Below, piece after piece: positions 20,161 to 30,044 of a DNA stretch of 64,000 nt. The position numbers and the translations under genes were made by a program. The notes beneath the pieces are model-generated. The model was not told the DNA's origin. It did not search any database and saw nothing but the letters and a program-made list of their open reading frames with translations. Location of the stretch: the sequence record NC_070952.1, one strand, 5' to 3'. Position 1 is the stretch's first letter, and the number at the start of each line of letters is the position of its first letter.

Positions 20161-20772
20161 ATGGAACTACTTTATCCAATCGCCTCAGCAGAAACTCGTC
20201 ACTTGTTTGTGGATCCATCAATTTATGGTGTTTGGGATATCATCGATCCATCATACACAAAGCTGGGATACCGCTCTGGTTATCTTAAACCAGGAAAGAT
20301 TTCTAATCTGGTTCAATTGTGTCGTCCAAAAGAAGTAACGTTTTCTGTTACCGAAGAGATTGACTTGGATGATTTCCATATTGAAGATATTTTATTCTGC
20401 ATGTATCACGACGGGCACTGGCAGCAGTTCCGCGTTTTCCACCATGTCAAGGTTGAAAAACTTGACGCCGGTAACTGGGGATTGAATGGAACACTGGTCA
20501 TCCCTACCCGACAAATCATCAATACTGAAACTGGTGAAAAGGGAATTACGATCAAAGGCACCGATATCCTCAATATCGAATTAACGTTAAACTACGCTCG
20601 CGGTACGCGCTGTTTAGAGTTCTCCACAGAAGGAACCTACGACAACGGGAAACCGCAGATTTTGGGTATCACTCTGGACATGAAATACAAAGACTCCAAG
20701 TCAGAAATTCCCAAGTTTAAAACACAGATGAAAGAAGTCACACAAACTTATCATCGTGAAATTGTCGCCTAA
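20161..20772 (+). CDS. Hypothetical protein
   Basis: 203-aa ORF with RBS, bounded by hairpins. Confidence 0.7.
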   Translation: MELLYPIASAETRHLFVDPSIYGVWDIIDPSYTKLGYRSGYLKPGKISNLVQLCRPKEVTFSVTEEIDLDDFHIEDILFCMYHDGHWQQFRVFHHVKVEKLDAGNWGLNGTLVIPTRQIINTETGEKGITIKGTDILNIELTLNYARGTRCLEFSTEGTYDNGKPQILGITLDMKYKDSKSEIPKFKTQMKEVTQTYHREIVA

Positions 20773-20787
20773 CGAATACAATATAAT

Positions 20788-20820
20788 AAAGTCTCTTGGG
20801 GGTAAACTCTGAGAGACTTT
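20788..20820 (+). terminator. Intrinsic terminator
   Basis: aaagtctcttggg...ctctgagagacttt. Confidence 0.6.
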
Positions 20821-20891
20821 AATTCTTTGCTAAACACAGCGTTTATATATCGGTTAAAACCCGGTGTATGAAAAAATAATTAACGTATATC

Positions 20892-20918
20892 TTTTTAGGC
20901 AGATATTATCATTATGTA
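20892..20918 (+). promoter_or_regulatory. Putative phage early promoter (T-tract + ATATTATCA..TGTA)
   Basis: Motif recurs at 29978 and 40191, always intergenic; it resembles the phiKZ early TATATTAC element. Confidence 0.5.
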
Positions 20919-20968
20919 AAAGAAAAGTGATTATTCTTTTAACTAACTTTAAACCAATAGGTACTAAA

Positions 20969-21751
20969 ATGAAACCCACAAATATTCTTTCTATCGTATT
21001 AGCAATGGTGCTGGTATGGATGGGGAGTCTTTCGGCAGCTCACGCATCAGTTGGGGCTAAACCAAACGACTACACAAAGAAGGTCATGTCGGAGCGTTTT
21101 AACAAGGTTAAAGCTGATCTTTATTATGCATCAAAAACCACAGGCATGGATATGGGTGATCTTACAGCCATTGCCAGTATCGAGTCAGATTTAAGAACGA
21201 GTGCACAGAGTAGACACTCATCAGCCTCCGGTATGTTAGGACATACCAAAGGTACTTGGGCGGCAGACCGCAAAACTTATCACACACAAGTGGGACTTTC
21301 CTCAAACGTCGCAAGGTCAAACGCACGGGCGAGTCTACTGATTGGTGCTGCAGGTCTAATGGATTCAAAAAGATATCTTGTTGAACGCACTCACTTATCC
21401 GAATCTCAGGTGAAACTTGGTGACCAATACATGACCCATTTTCTAGGGCGTGATATGGCGGTACGAGTCCTGAACAGTAATAGCAATACTCCCATGAGTC
21501 GTCTTGTGAAGATCTCAAAAGGTAACTATGGTTTATTCGTCAAGCCCAACGGCAAAGTCCGAACAGCGCGCGAATTCCGAACCTTCTTGAATACGATCGT
21601 GGAACAAGAACGGGCAGCATATATCGAACAAATAAAACAATATAAAACGGCACAGCGGACGAAAGATATTAAACGAGACTTTCCAACTGCTGATGACGAA
21701 CTTCTTATGGCTCAAGCAAACACTGCTCAATATATCGGTTGGGGGTCATAA
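20969..21751 (+). CDS. Lytic transglycosylase (SLT-like, phiKZ gp144-type catalytic domain) with N-terminal signal peptide; putative endolysin
   Basis: AIASIES (catalytic Glu), SSASGM, KGTW and YMTHFLG motifs. Start reassigned to ATG 20969 (MKPTNILSIVLAMVLVWMGSLSAAHA). Confidence 0.75.
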   Translation: MKPTNILSIVLAMVLVWMGSLSAAHASVGAKPNDYTKKVMSERFNKVKADLYYASKTTGMDMGDLTAIASIESDLRTSAQSRHSSASGMLGHTKGTWAADRKTYHTQVGLSSNVARSNARASLLIGAAGLMDSKRYLVERTHLSESQVKLGDQYMTHFLGRDMAVRVLNSNSNTPMSRLVKISKGNYGLFVKPNGKVRTAREFRTFLNTIVEQERAAYIEQIKQYKTAQRTKDIKRDFPTADDELLMAQANTAQYIGWGS

Positions 21752-21814
21752 AAACTTAATTTTGACACACATAGTGATGTTTTGAAAGGAACATATTTTA
21801 ATTGAGGAAGAATC

Positions 21815-22084
21815 ATGATTATGAACCAACGCAGCATACCTTGTGCCTGCGACCCACTCACGTGGATTCTAACTCCGGATATGGGCGTCGGACAAAACAT
21901 CACCAACGCGGTGATCGATGTGCAAGATGATCCATTCGGAGGCAAAACTGGTACCCTGAGCTTTGCTGGACGGGTAAAAGCATTTTTGACTTTTGACGAT
22001 ACTGGTATTTTGATTAGCTACACATTGGCGGACACCGATGCCTCTACTCAAAGCTCTGTGGAAAACATTCTTGCTACCATGTAA
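21815..22084 (+). CDS. Hypothetical protein
   Basis: 89-aa ORF with GAGG RBS, followed by a hairpin. Confidence 0.65.
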   Translation: MIMNQRSIPCACDPLTWILTPDMGVGQNITNAVIDVQDDPFGGKTGTLSFAGRVKAFLTFDDTGILISYTLADTDASTQSSVENILATM

Positions 22085-22088
22085 AACT

Positions 22089-22120
22089 TAACTTGGGATG
22101 GGTAACTCCATCCCAAGTTA
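22089..22120 (+). terminator. Intrinsic terminator
   Basis: taacttgggatgg-gtaact-ccatcccaagtta. Confidence 0.65.
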
Positions 22121-22217
22121 CTCCTATGTTTGTTTCTTATAAATAAAAATAATTTAATAATCAACAGCGAGTTATATTTATTATACTCAACAACACGAAA
22201 AAAATTAAGAGGTCACC

Positions 22218-24185
22218 ATGTCGGATGTAATCAAACGCCTTCTAGAGTTAGAGGGTCAATTGAAATATCATGATTATCTTTACTTTGAATTAGATAACCC
22301 CCAGATCAGCGACGATCAGTATGAAGGTCTCTCCAGTGAATATCGGAAACTTCGTGAAGAACGCCCTGATTATAAAACGGCATATGGTCAAGGGTTTGTT
22401 GCGCCTGATCCGTCAATGGAACTGGTGCCTATTATTGAACCTATGCTGTCTGTCAGCAAAAAGAAAACCAAAGAAGAGTACTTGGGTTGGGTAAAAGACA
22501 AAACTGAATCGAACGGGATTCACGAGGACAAGCTCGATGGCATGGCGCTCAGGATTATCTATGTGGACGGGGATCTTGCTCGGATTCATACTCGGGGTGA
22601 TGGTATCAATGGTGCCGATGTGTCTCATCGTCGACAACTTCTACTTAATGTGCCAGACCATATTCCAACTGATGTAGATAAAGGTCGCACCGAATACACT
22701 GGTGAAGCGTTCTGTACCTTTAAAGACTTTGACAATTATGTCAAGTTACACGGGTTGGATCCGGACGACACAGACCCACGTTCCACCGTGTCAGGGTTAA
22801 TGAAACGTCATAAAGCCAGTGACCGTGATCGTGGACTCCCTATCTACTTTAAAGTTTATGGGGCAAGCCGGAGCGTCCGTGAACGGTTTGAAACTTATAC
22901 CGAGTTGCGTGAACACTTTACGGATATCGGTTTTGATGTTCCGATGTTGATCGATGGCGGTATGCTGCAGGAGTTTTTGAACCTGCCACATAAACCGGCA
23001 TTGGAATATCCCATTGACGGGATTGTGGTAAAGGACAACAACCTGCGCCACTGGGACGTTACCCAAGGTAATGAATACTGGACGTATGCAACGTGTTATA
23101 AGTTCCCAAGCATGAGCATGAACACAACGGTAAAAGGTATTGACTGGTCTTTATCGATGAAAGGGCAGTTGATCGGCACCATTGTTTATGATCCTGTCAA
23201 TTACGAAGGAACGAAGCTATCACGTGCCAAACTCGATTACGCTCAAAGTTATTTTGATAAAGGGTTGAGTGTGGGGTCGGTTATTCAGATCACCAAATCT
23301 AACGAAGTCATTCCACGCATTGTGGGTCTGGTGTCTGTTGGGGATGGAACGCGTTTGAAATACCCTGACCACTGTCCGTTCTGTAATGAAATGGTTTCAT
23401 TGGATAAAGAAGCCGGCACAGCGTTTTGTGAGAACGACGCTTGTGAAGGTCAGTTGGTTCGCCAATTGATTCGTCTGGCAGACCGTAAAGATGGACTGGA
23501 TATCAAAGGCCTGGGAGATGTAGGGATTCAGGCGTTACTGGATCACGGGTTCTTGTCTCGACCTGCTGACCTGTTCAACCTGACCGAAGACGATCTGATC
23601 AATTCAGGGATTCATCGGGGAGCAGCCGAATCGGTCATTGCACAAATCAAAGATCTGAACCGTTTTGATCTTCACCGCTGGTTGTGTGCTTTGGGTATCC
23701 CAGGGTTGGGTAAAGTACGTTCTGTTGAGATCAGTAACTTCTCGGGTAAAAACCGTCGTAATGACGGACTGCAGTTTAGTAACCTGGAAGACCTGATCGG
23801 ATTACTGACTGATCCAAAATTCCTCTCTGATTTGTTCGGATTAGACGGACTGGTCATTGGGAACTATGTTCTTCAGAACCAAGAAGAAGTAACCGATTTC
23901 CTGAGCCATTATGATTTCACACTGGAACGGATGCCGGCTCTGGATGGAATCCCAGTTGCGATCACTGGCGGTTGGGTAGCAATGACACGTGACATTCTGA
24001 AAGATAAGCTCGGTGAAGCTGGATTTATCCTCAGTGATAAAGTCACTAAGTCCTGCAAGTTTTTATTGGTCGGAGATTCACCTTCTGCCAGTAAAATGGA
24101 GAAAGCTAAAAAATACAACATTCCTGTTATTGACATTCGTTCAATTCATGATCTGAATGTTATTGTGACTGTTTTGTCTAATTAA
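22218..24185 (+). CDS. ligA: NAD+-dependent DNA ligase
   Basis: Adenylation motif EDKLDG, YPIDGIVVK, OB domain, C4 zinc finger (CPFC...C...C), HhH motifs and C-terminal BRCT (ASKMEKA). Confidence 0.93.
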   Translation: MSDVIKRLLELEGQLKYHDYLYFELDNPQISDDQYEGLSSEYRKLREERPDYKTAYGQGFVAPDPSMELVPIIEPMLSVSKKKTKEEYLGWVKDKTESNGIHEDKLDGMALRIIYVDGDLARIHTRGDGINGADVSHRRQLLLNVPDHIPTDVDKGRTEYTGEAFCTFKDFDNYVKLHGLDPDDTDPRSTVSGLMKRHKASDRDRGLPIYFKVYGASRSVRERFETYTELREHFTDIGFDVPMLIDGGMLQEFLNLPHKPALEYPIDGIVVKDNNLRHWDVTQGNEYWTYATCYKFPSMSMNTTVKGIDWSLSMKGQLIGTIVYDPVNYEGTKLSRAKLDYAQSYFDKGLSVGSVIQITKSNEVIPRIVGLVSVGDGTRLKYPDHCPFCNEMVSLDKEAGTAFCENDACEGQLVRQLIRLADRKDGLDIKGLGDVGIQALLDHGFLSRPADLFNLTEDDLINSGIHRGAAESVIAQIKDLNRFDLHRWLCALGIPGLGKVRSVEISNFSGKNRRNDGLQFSNLEDLIGLLTDPKFLSDLFGLDGLVIGNYVLQNQEEVTDFLSHYDFTLERMPALDGIPVAITGGWVAMTRDILKDKLGEAGFILSDKVTKSCKFLLVGDSPSASKMEKAKKYNIPVIDIRSIHDLNVIVTVLSN

Positions 24186-24230
24186 TACAGCACCGGCTCG
24201 AAAGGGTCGGACTCTTTTGTGGAGAAAGGT

Positions 24231-24689
24231 ATGACTGATATTAAAGATGGCGAATTAACTTTACGCATAAAAGATCGTGTCAATATCGGATTAAGGGATC
24301 ATGGGGTAGTTGGACTGCACCGGGTTGGTTTTGAAATCTATCTCCGCAATAAGGGGTATTCCGGCATCATCGGGGCGGACGATCTTTTCAAGTACGGGCA
24401 ATATGAAGTAAACAAAAATGGACGATCATCGTTTCTTATCTTTAAAGACATTCCGTACTCTGCTGTGGAACTTCTTTGTGGTGAGCATGATTTTGGTGAC
24501 CGCACTTTCTCTTTCGAGATGGAAGTAGAGGTTGATGAAGACCAAGTCGTCCATACTGGCAGAACAATGATGCATGGTGATAATCATGTCTCATTCATTG
24601 GTGCTGCTTTCTGGTTTGAGCAAGTTAAAATGGTAGGTTCGTTGCCTGCTAAATTTAGACGATTTAAAGGAGAATGTAAAGATGCCTAG
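24231..24689 (+). CDS. Hypothetical protein
   Basis: ORF with start reassigned to the ATG after AAAGGT. Confidence 0.65.
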   Translation: MTDIKDGELTLRIKDRVNIGLRDHGVVGLHRVGFEIYLRNKGYSGIIGADDLFKYGQYEVNKNGRSSFLIFKDIPYSAVELLCGEHDFGDRTFSFEMEVEVDEDQVVHTGRTMMHGDNHVSFIGAAFWFEQVKMVGSLPAKFRRFKGECKDA

Positions 24690-25008
24690 AATTACCCTAA
24701 CAGTACGTGGTGGGATTCCTGAGAAACTCAAAAATGAGGTTGAGGACGTCATCTCAGATTGTCAGCTGCAAGATACCCTTTTTGTTATGGACATCAAATC
24801 GCACTCGATCGAACTGTTTGTAGATGGCGAGCAGATTGCTCAGGTCGGGTATTTTATCAATGCCGTGAAGATCAAGTTCAATCTGTCGATTGTTAAACAA
24901 GGTCAGTTTAATCACCTGGGTGATTACATCGTTGCCTTTGGTAAACTCCAGGACGGTGCGGTAGTTAAAGCCATGCAAGATCAAGCAAAAGGACTGTTCG
25001 GAAAATGA
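24682..25008 (+). CDS. Hypothetical protein
   Basis: 108-aa ORF with AGGAG RBS, translationally coupled. Confidence 0.65.
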   Translation: MPRITLTVRGGIPEKLKNEVEDVISDCQLQDTLFVMDIKSHSIELFVDGEQIAQVGYFINAVKIKFNLSIVKQGQFNHLGDYIVAFGKLQDGAVVKAMQDQAKGLFGK

Positions 25009-25622
25009 ATATTGAAGCGGTATACCAAGGCTGGACTATGGGCGAAGGTCGTAACAGACTGGCCGTCGTAATCACCAACCGAGAACATGATCGGGGTGGT
25101 CAACTAGGACGCACTGATGAATACGGATCTGTTGTTACCATCGGTGAAGGTAATGATCGGTTGATTACCATCCTTTCAATCACTGATCTTAAACACCCCA
25201 ACTGTAAATCATCACTGGCTGATATTCTCACTACCCACTCTCGTCAAATGAAGTTAGGAACGTTTGGGGAAGTACACGCTCCCCATCATTCTGATTATGA
25301 ACTTCTTATCACCCCACTTCGTCGATTAGGCATAGACCATATCCACGATGACGTGAAGGAGTATGTTCAGATTCCTTTCTTCTTTGCTGGTGATCAACAC
25401 TGGGAATTCAGAACAAAAGCTATCGGGGTTTACGTTGCCTATCGCAAGTATGATGGGAGTTACTATACAACGAAGATTGAACGAACCCTGGATAATTTTG
25501 TACACCCATTGCGTGAAGGTGTGCCTGATAATAACATCATTAGCCGTAAAGAGGTGATTGAATTCACTTCCTTAACTGCTAAGCCGTTAGACTTTTCCGA
25601 CGCCACAAACCTGTTTAATTAA
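25005..25622 (+). CDS. Hypothetical protein
   Basis: 205-aa ORF with ATGA overlap. Confidence 0.65.
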   Translation: MNIEAVYQGWTMGEGRNRLAVVITNREHDRGGQLGRTDEYGSVVTIGEGNDRLITILSITDLKHPNCKSSLADILTTHSRQMKLGTFGEVHAPHHSDYELLITPLRRLGIDHIHDDVKEYVQIPFFFAGDQHWEFRTKAIGVYVAYRKYDGSYYTTKIERTLDNFVHPLREGVPDNNIISRKEVIEFTSLTAKPLDFSDATNLFN

Positions 25623-25629
25623 AGCTGAT

Positions 25630-25655
25630 AGCTCCTGGGGTAAAACCTGGGAGTT
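25630..25655 (+). terminator. Stem-loop, putative terminator
   Basis: agctcctggg-gtaaaa-cctgggagtt. Confidence 0.5.
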
Positions 25656-25705
25656 AAATTTTAATCACGCTACCATAATAGGAGTACAATAATTGGAGGT
25701 GTACC

Positions 25706-26239
25706 ATGGAGTACATTGTTTATACTGACGGGAGTTGTTTGGATAACAACCCAGCAGGCGGGCCCGGTGGTTTTGCTTGGGTAGCTTCTTATGGTGATCT
25801 TAAAACAGAACACTCTAAAGGTTACTTTAAGTCGACCAACAACCGCATGGAAATTATGGCTATTATTGATGTACTTTCCCAAATCCAGGAACGTTCTGTT
25901 GTAAAGATTCACACTGACAGTCAATACACTATTGATGGTGCTACAAAGTGGGTGTTTGGTTGGATTAAAAATGGATGGAGAAGACAACCACAGCCTGGTG
26001 TATTTGAAGATGTAAAAAATGCCGATTTGTTTAAACGTCTTCATGCACTCACTCGCTTTCATAAAGTTGAGTTCATTAAAGTCAAAGCTCACTCAGGGGT
26101 TCCTGATAATGAGCGTTGTGACGTATTAGCCAAAGCGGCAGCTGCGCAACCTTCTGAAATAGATGAGGGATTCATACCGTCTCTTCCTACACAGAAGACA
26201 GCATCTAAACCATGGCATCGTTATAAAAAGTCAGCATAA
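25706..26239 (+). CDS. rnhA: Ribonuclease HI
   Basis: YTDGSC, TNNRMEIMA, TDSQY, VKAHSG..DNERCD.LA: the full RNase HI motif set. Confidence 0.93.
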   Translation: MEYIVYTDGSCLDNNPAGGPGGFAWVASYGDLKTEHSKGYFKSTNNRMEIMAIIDVLSQIQERSVVKIHTDSQYTIDGATKWVFGWIKNGWRRQPQPGVFEDVKNADLFKRLHALTRFHKVEFIKVKAHSGVPDNERCDVLAKAAAAQPSEIDEGFIPSLPTQKTASKPWHRYKKSA

Positions 26240-26246
26240 TAATATA

Positions 26247-26279
26247 GACAGGTACTGGAGAACATCCAGTACCTTGTTT
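26247..26279 (+). terminator. Intrinsic terminator
   Basis: gacaggtactgga-gaaca-tccagtaccttgtt followed by a T-rich tract. Confidence 0.65.
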
Positions 26280-26329
26280 ATCTCTTTGTTTATTTTTTGA
26301 TTTTATGTCTTATAACCCGAGGTTAGATA

Positions 26330-28480
26330 ATGAAACTTGTTGCCTCTGCTTTTCCTGCTGTAGGTAAAAGCACAATCTTTGACGAAGCAAAAGCGCGTGG
26401 CTTAAAGCCATCCCATGTCTTCTTCAACGATTTCACAAAAGAATACGAGATCCAAGTTCCGTCTGGAGATGGTATTCCCGTATTCGATTCGGACAGCTCT
26501 AAGTTCGATAAAGAATTCTTTCCAACTAACTACGTCAACCATATCAAAAATACACTTGAAAGTCTGGACGATGTTATCATCTTGGTATCCAGTCATAAAG
26601 ATGTACGTGAGATGCTGCGTAGTCAAGGTATCAAATATACCTTAGCGTATCCTGCGCGTGAACTCAAAGAAGAGTACATTCAGCGTTACATTAAACGTGG
26701 TAATGCTGAAGGCTTCATCGGTATGATGAAGAACTCCTGGAATGACTTCATTGATTCTTGTGAAGAAGATCCAACCCCAAGCAAAATCGTGTTGGGTGAG
26801 GGTGAGTTCCTGGGTGAAGACTATCTCAAAGGTGATCTTTCAGATCTCGCTGGGATGGAAAACATGAATGACGGACCTATTGATTTCGCTGCGCGTCTTG
26901 AACGTATGAATGACCGCCGTGATCCATTAGGTATCGAAAATGAAGGTGAACCTGTTATGCAATATGACGGTGTATTACATTTCCCTGACGGCTCTACGGG
27001 TAAAATGACCGACCAAGTAGAAGTTGTCCGTTACAATAAAGAGTGGGAAGACTACCTGGCTGAAAACCCAGAAGCTGATGTCTCCTACATGCCGATTGAA
27101 ATTATGGGTGGTGAATCTCTGGGAGATATCATTCATGTGCCTGGTGGTACAGTTGATATGGCGCAGCCTGGTTGGTATGGCGAATACCAGAAAACCTGTG
27201 ACGCTGTTCTGGTCGAGAAACCAGATACCCTGATCACTGCGACTATCGTTGATGTGAATGCCGGTCCTGAAGTGACTGACCAGCAGACCCTCCCAACCGA
27301 TAACCCAGAACCTACCATTCTGAACACACCAGAAGGGACTGAAGAGTCTACCCTTACTGCTGAAGCTCCAGAAGGTGGCGTTGCCGCTGTTGATGCTGCA
27401 ACCATTGCAGAACCAGGTCCAGAAGTTAGTACCGAAGCTGCCGAACGTAATCCAATGGTTGATCCTGATTTTGTTGAAGCCATTGAACCGGCTAGTCCAG
27501 ATCGTGCAGAGATCATTGAAGCCAAATACGATATGCAGAATGACATCGAAGCGTTGACTGATGTTATTACTACATATAACGATGCAGGCGATGATAGTGC
27601 AGGTATGGAGAAATTCGCTGACGGTAGCGAATTACTGACTGCTGCTTCTGTTGACATCAAAGAACGTTATGGTGTCGAGATCGAACCGACTATCGGTGGT
27701 ATGGAAGGGTTCTTAGATTCACTCAAAGACGCATTTGGTAAATTAACCAAGAAGTCTAAAGAGATCCCGACTAAACAGCAGATGGCTCAAATTAAGAAAC
27801 ATATCTACGAAGCAGAAAAAGCTTTCGAAGTGTATGGTTCTGAACAATGGCAATCAGAACAGAAGTTCATCAATGTGGGCAAGGTAAAACTGCAAGTGCC
27901 CGGTGAATTGGAAAACATCAATTCGGCCAATGACATTGAAAGCATTCTGAAGCTTGTTAACAAGCGCGCCATTGATACCGTAAACAAGTATCAGAAGAAT
28001 ACCAGTGCTCGCGTACAAAGCGCTGTGAAGGTATTCAACGCGTTTAAAGGTAAACCTACCGACACTCCGATTTCTGAAGTGGAAGCGTTGTTACCAATTA
28101 AACCTGAAGAGTTAACCGGTGCGGTTAAGGATAGCGGACTCGATGATCTGAATCTGACCCTTAAGAGCATTGAGCTTCCGGTCCTTAATAAAGATGCAAT
28201 CAAAGAAGTAATCAAAGTGGTTAAAACCATTATCGATACTTCGGTGCACTTTATCAAGATGGACGAGTCGCTTATTGACAGCTCTTTAAGCGAAGATGAT
28301 TTCTACAACAGTAAGTTCTGGGATCATCACCTCAACTCCAAGCCAGCTCGTCAAGTTTGGAGTGCCGGTTACTACTTTGACAGTATCGACGAGTTCAGTA
28401 AAGTAGGTACTGAGTACGATAAGAAAATGGTTGTCATTGCCAAGTTCTTAGAGCAGTGGGTATTAAGTTCCGTTAAATAA
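26330..28480 (+). CDS. Fusion of an N-terminal P-loop kinase-like domain, an acidic linker and a putative internal head protein domain
   Basis: SAFPAVGKS P-loop with DSDSS and LVSSH motifs; AGME/GGME motifs of the S/A/G-X-E prohead-protease type; helical C-domain starts GFLDSLKDAF. Confidence 0.6.
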   Translation: MKLVASAFPAVGKSTIFDEAKARGLKPSHVFFNDFTKEYEIQVPSGDGIPVFDSDSSKFDKEFFPTNYVNHIKNTLESLDDVIILVSSHKDVREMLRSQGIKYTLAYPARELKEEYIQRYIKRGNAEGFIGMMKNSWNDFIDSCEEDPTPSKIVLGEGEFLGEDYLKGDLSDLAGMENMNDGPIDFAARLERMNDRRDPLGIENEGEPVMQYDGVLHFPDGSTGKMTDQVEVVRYNKEWEDYLAENPEADVSYMPIEIMGGESLGDIIHVPGGTVDMAQPGWYGEYQKTCDAVLVEKPDTLITATIVDVNAGPEVTDQQTLPTDNPEPTILNTPEGTEESTLTAEAPEGGVAAVDAATIAEPGPEVSTEAAERNPMVDPDFVEAIEPASPDRAEIIEAKYDMQNDIEALTDVITTYNDAGDDSAGMEKFADGSELLTAASVDIKERYGVEIEPTIGGMEGFLDSLKDAFGKLTKKSKEIPTKQQMAQIKKHIYEAEKAFEVYGSEQWQSEQKFINVGKVKLQVPGELENINSANDIESILKLVNKRAIDTVNKYQKNTSARVQSAVKVFNAFKGKPTDTPISEVEALLPIKPEELTGAVKDSGLDDLNLTLKSIELPVLNKDAIKEVIKVVKTIIDTSVHFIKMDESLIDSSLSEDDFYNSKFWDHHLNSKPARQVWSAGYYFDSIDEFSKVGTEYDKKMVVIAKFLEQWVLSSVK

Positions 28481-28491
28481 AAACACCAATA

Positions 28492-28522
28492 AGAAATAGA
28501 TGGGGGAAACCTCATCTATTCT
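28492..28522 (+). terminator. Intrinsic terminator
   Basis: agaaatagatggg-ggaa-acctcatctattct followed by tttttgttt. Confidence 0.65.
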
Positions 28523-28589
28523 TTTTGTTTGTTTACACATAGTTGCGCTAGTTGTACAATAACACTGGTCTAATAAAATAAGGGCATTT

Positions 28590-29900
28590 ATGGCACGTCA
28601 TTCTGATATTCGTATTTTTCTGGGTAAAACATTTCCATTAACTACATTACGCGATAATGCTCAGTTTATCAAATTACTCTCTGATCCAAATGACAAACTC
28701 AATGAGCCAGGTACTTCATTCAGTATCACGTTCAACAGTCAGGTGTTTCAGGTTACCCAGACATCAAAAGAAAAGATCTTGGTAGGAGACGATAACCTTT
28801 TCCAATTACAAGATCTGAACAAAGCTATCTCTGAATTTATCATGTTGTTAGATAAACATGGTGATATTCCGTATACCGATCTCTTCTTTAAGAAAGGGAC
28901 GTATCCAGAAACGTTATACTTTACGGATACAAGCAAGGCGATACTCAACGCCAAACTTTATGCCAGTGCAATGAAACGTGTTTATAACTGGTATCGTTTT
29001 GGATCGGACAATCCGATCTATGTTAACCACTATGCTGCTCAGAAATTAATTGCCAGTGCTGTCATTGACACCATCGGTTATGTTAACGGTGAACCAGTGG
29101 TCAATTTTAACATCATTCAAAATGATGAGATTATTCATAGCGCCAAAATTCATTTACCTTTCCTGATTAAAACGGAAACGACTGTTAGTAAACATGCACC
29201 GAAGATAACGTGCTTGAATGAAGTAAAGACACTGATCAACCAGGTACAAAGTGCTAACCCTAAAGTTACCACTATTAACATGATTGAAAAGGTGGCAAAT
29301 GTTTTGCTGGCTCATCAGGACAATACCGGTGAAACGTATGTTACACTTCAAACGGCAGATCCTACGGTAAAACTGATCGGGGTGAACACTCCTAATCTGG
29401 GCGGTGTAAGATTTATTGAAACCTACATTGATGGGCGAAATGTTAAACCGCTTAATCACGACCCGATTACGATTGGATCACTGATCGGCGGTTTGTCATT
29501 ACTTCGTCGTGAGTATGGGGATGATTACCCTGAGATTGCCCAGGTTAATCCTGTCACCATTCCTATCACGGCAGATTGCTTTACCGGCACTTTCTTTATT
29601 GGTAAGAAAGTTTACCAGGATATCTTGGGGTACATCAAATCAAGAACGCGTAAAGGACAATACACCATTTCTCACTTTGATGAGAAAGGTATTAAAGTTC
29701 GTTATGTGTCCTGGATGAACGGTAAGCCTTATTATTCGATCGAGTGCGCTGACAAAGGTAATATCTTTATCTTTGATCGGTATTTCACATTGAATGAAAT
29801 TATCCAAGAAGCAAGTAAAGAAGAAACCGTGTTACTTGAAATTACACATAAGTCAGTGATGTCTCGAATTAAACGCGCATTCACCAATATCTTTGCGTAA
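28590..29900 (+). CDS. Hypothetical protein
   Basis: 436-aa ORF; no motif recognised. Confidence 0.7.
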   Translation: MARHSDIRIFLGKTFPLTTLRDNAQFIKLLSDPNDKLNEPGTSFSITFNSQVFQVTQTSKEKILVGDDNLFQLQDLNKAISEFIMLLDKHGDIPYTDLFFKKGTYPETLYFTDTSKAILNAKLYASAMKRVYNWYRFGSDNPIYVNHYAAQKLIASAVIDTIGYVNGEPVVNFNIIQNDEIIHSAKIHLPFLIKTETTVSKHAPKITCLNEVKTLINQVQSANPKVTTINMIEKVANVLLAHQDNTGETYVTLQTADPTVKLIGVNTPNLGGVRFIETYIDGRNVKPLNHDPITIGSLIGGLSLLRREYGDDYPEIAQVNPVTIPITADCFTGTFFIGKKVYQDILGYIKSRTRKGQYTISHFDEKGIKVRYVSWMNGKPYYSIECADKGNIFIFDRYFTLNEIIQEASKEETVLLEITHKSVMSRIKRAFTNIFA

Positions 29901-29906
29901 CGAATG

Positions 29907-29934
29907 CTGAATACCCTCAATTGAGGGTATTCAG
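29907..29934 (+). terminator. Perfect 28-bp palindrome, putative terminator
   Basis: ctgaataccctcaa|ttgagggtattcag followed by tttt. Confidence 0.7.
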
Positions 29935-29977
29935 TTTTATAGTCACTATTTTTTTTTCTACCTATAAGGATACAAAC

Positions 29978-29995
29978 AGATATTATCAAGGTGTA
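29978..29995 (+). promoter_or_regulatory. Putative phage early promoter
   Basis: agatattatcaaggtgta, the same motif as 20901 and 40191. Confidence 0.5.
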
Positions 29996-30044
29996 TAAAC
30001 AATTATGTTTTCCATCTACTTACTTTAGATTAGAGGTATTCACT

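Noticed and set aside
17626-20772. 20161 as the SbcD/Mre11 partner of SbcC
   Set aside because: No metallophosphoesterase motifs (DxH, GD, GNHD); the partner is presumably elsewhere in the genome.
20864-20968. Upstream extension of the transglycosylase ORF given in the track
   Set aside because: It runs through the AT-rich promoter region; ATG 20969 yields a clean signal peptide. Similar over-extended starts were trimmed at 24219, 29991, 30436, 31746, 42553, 44491 and 45732.
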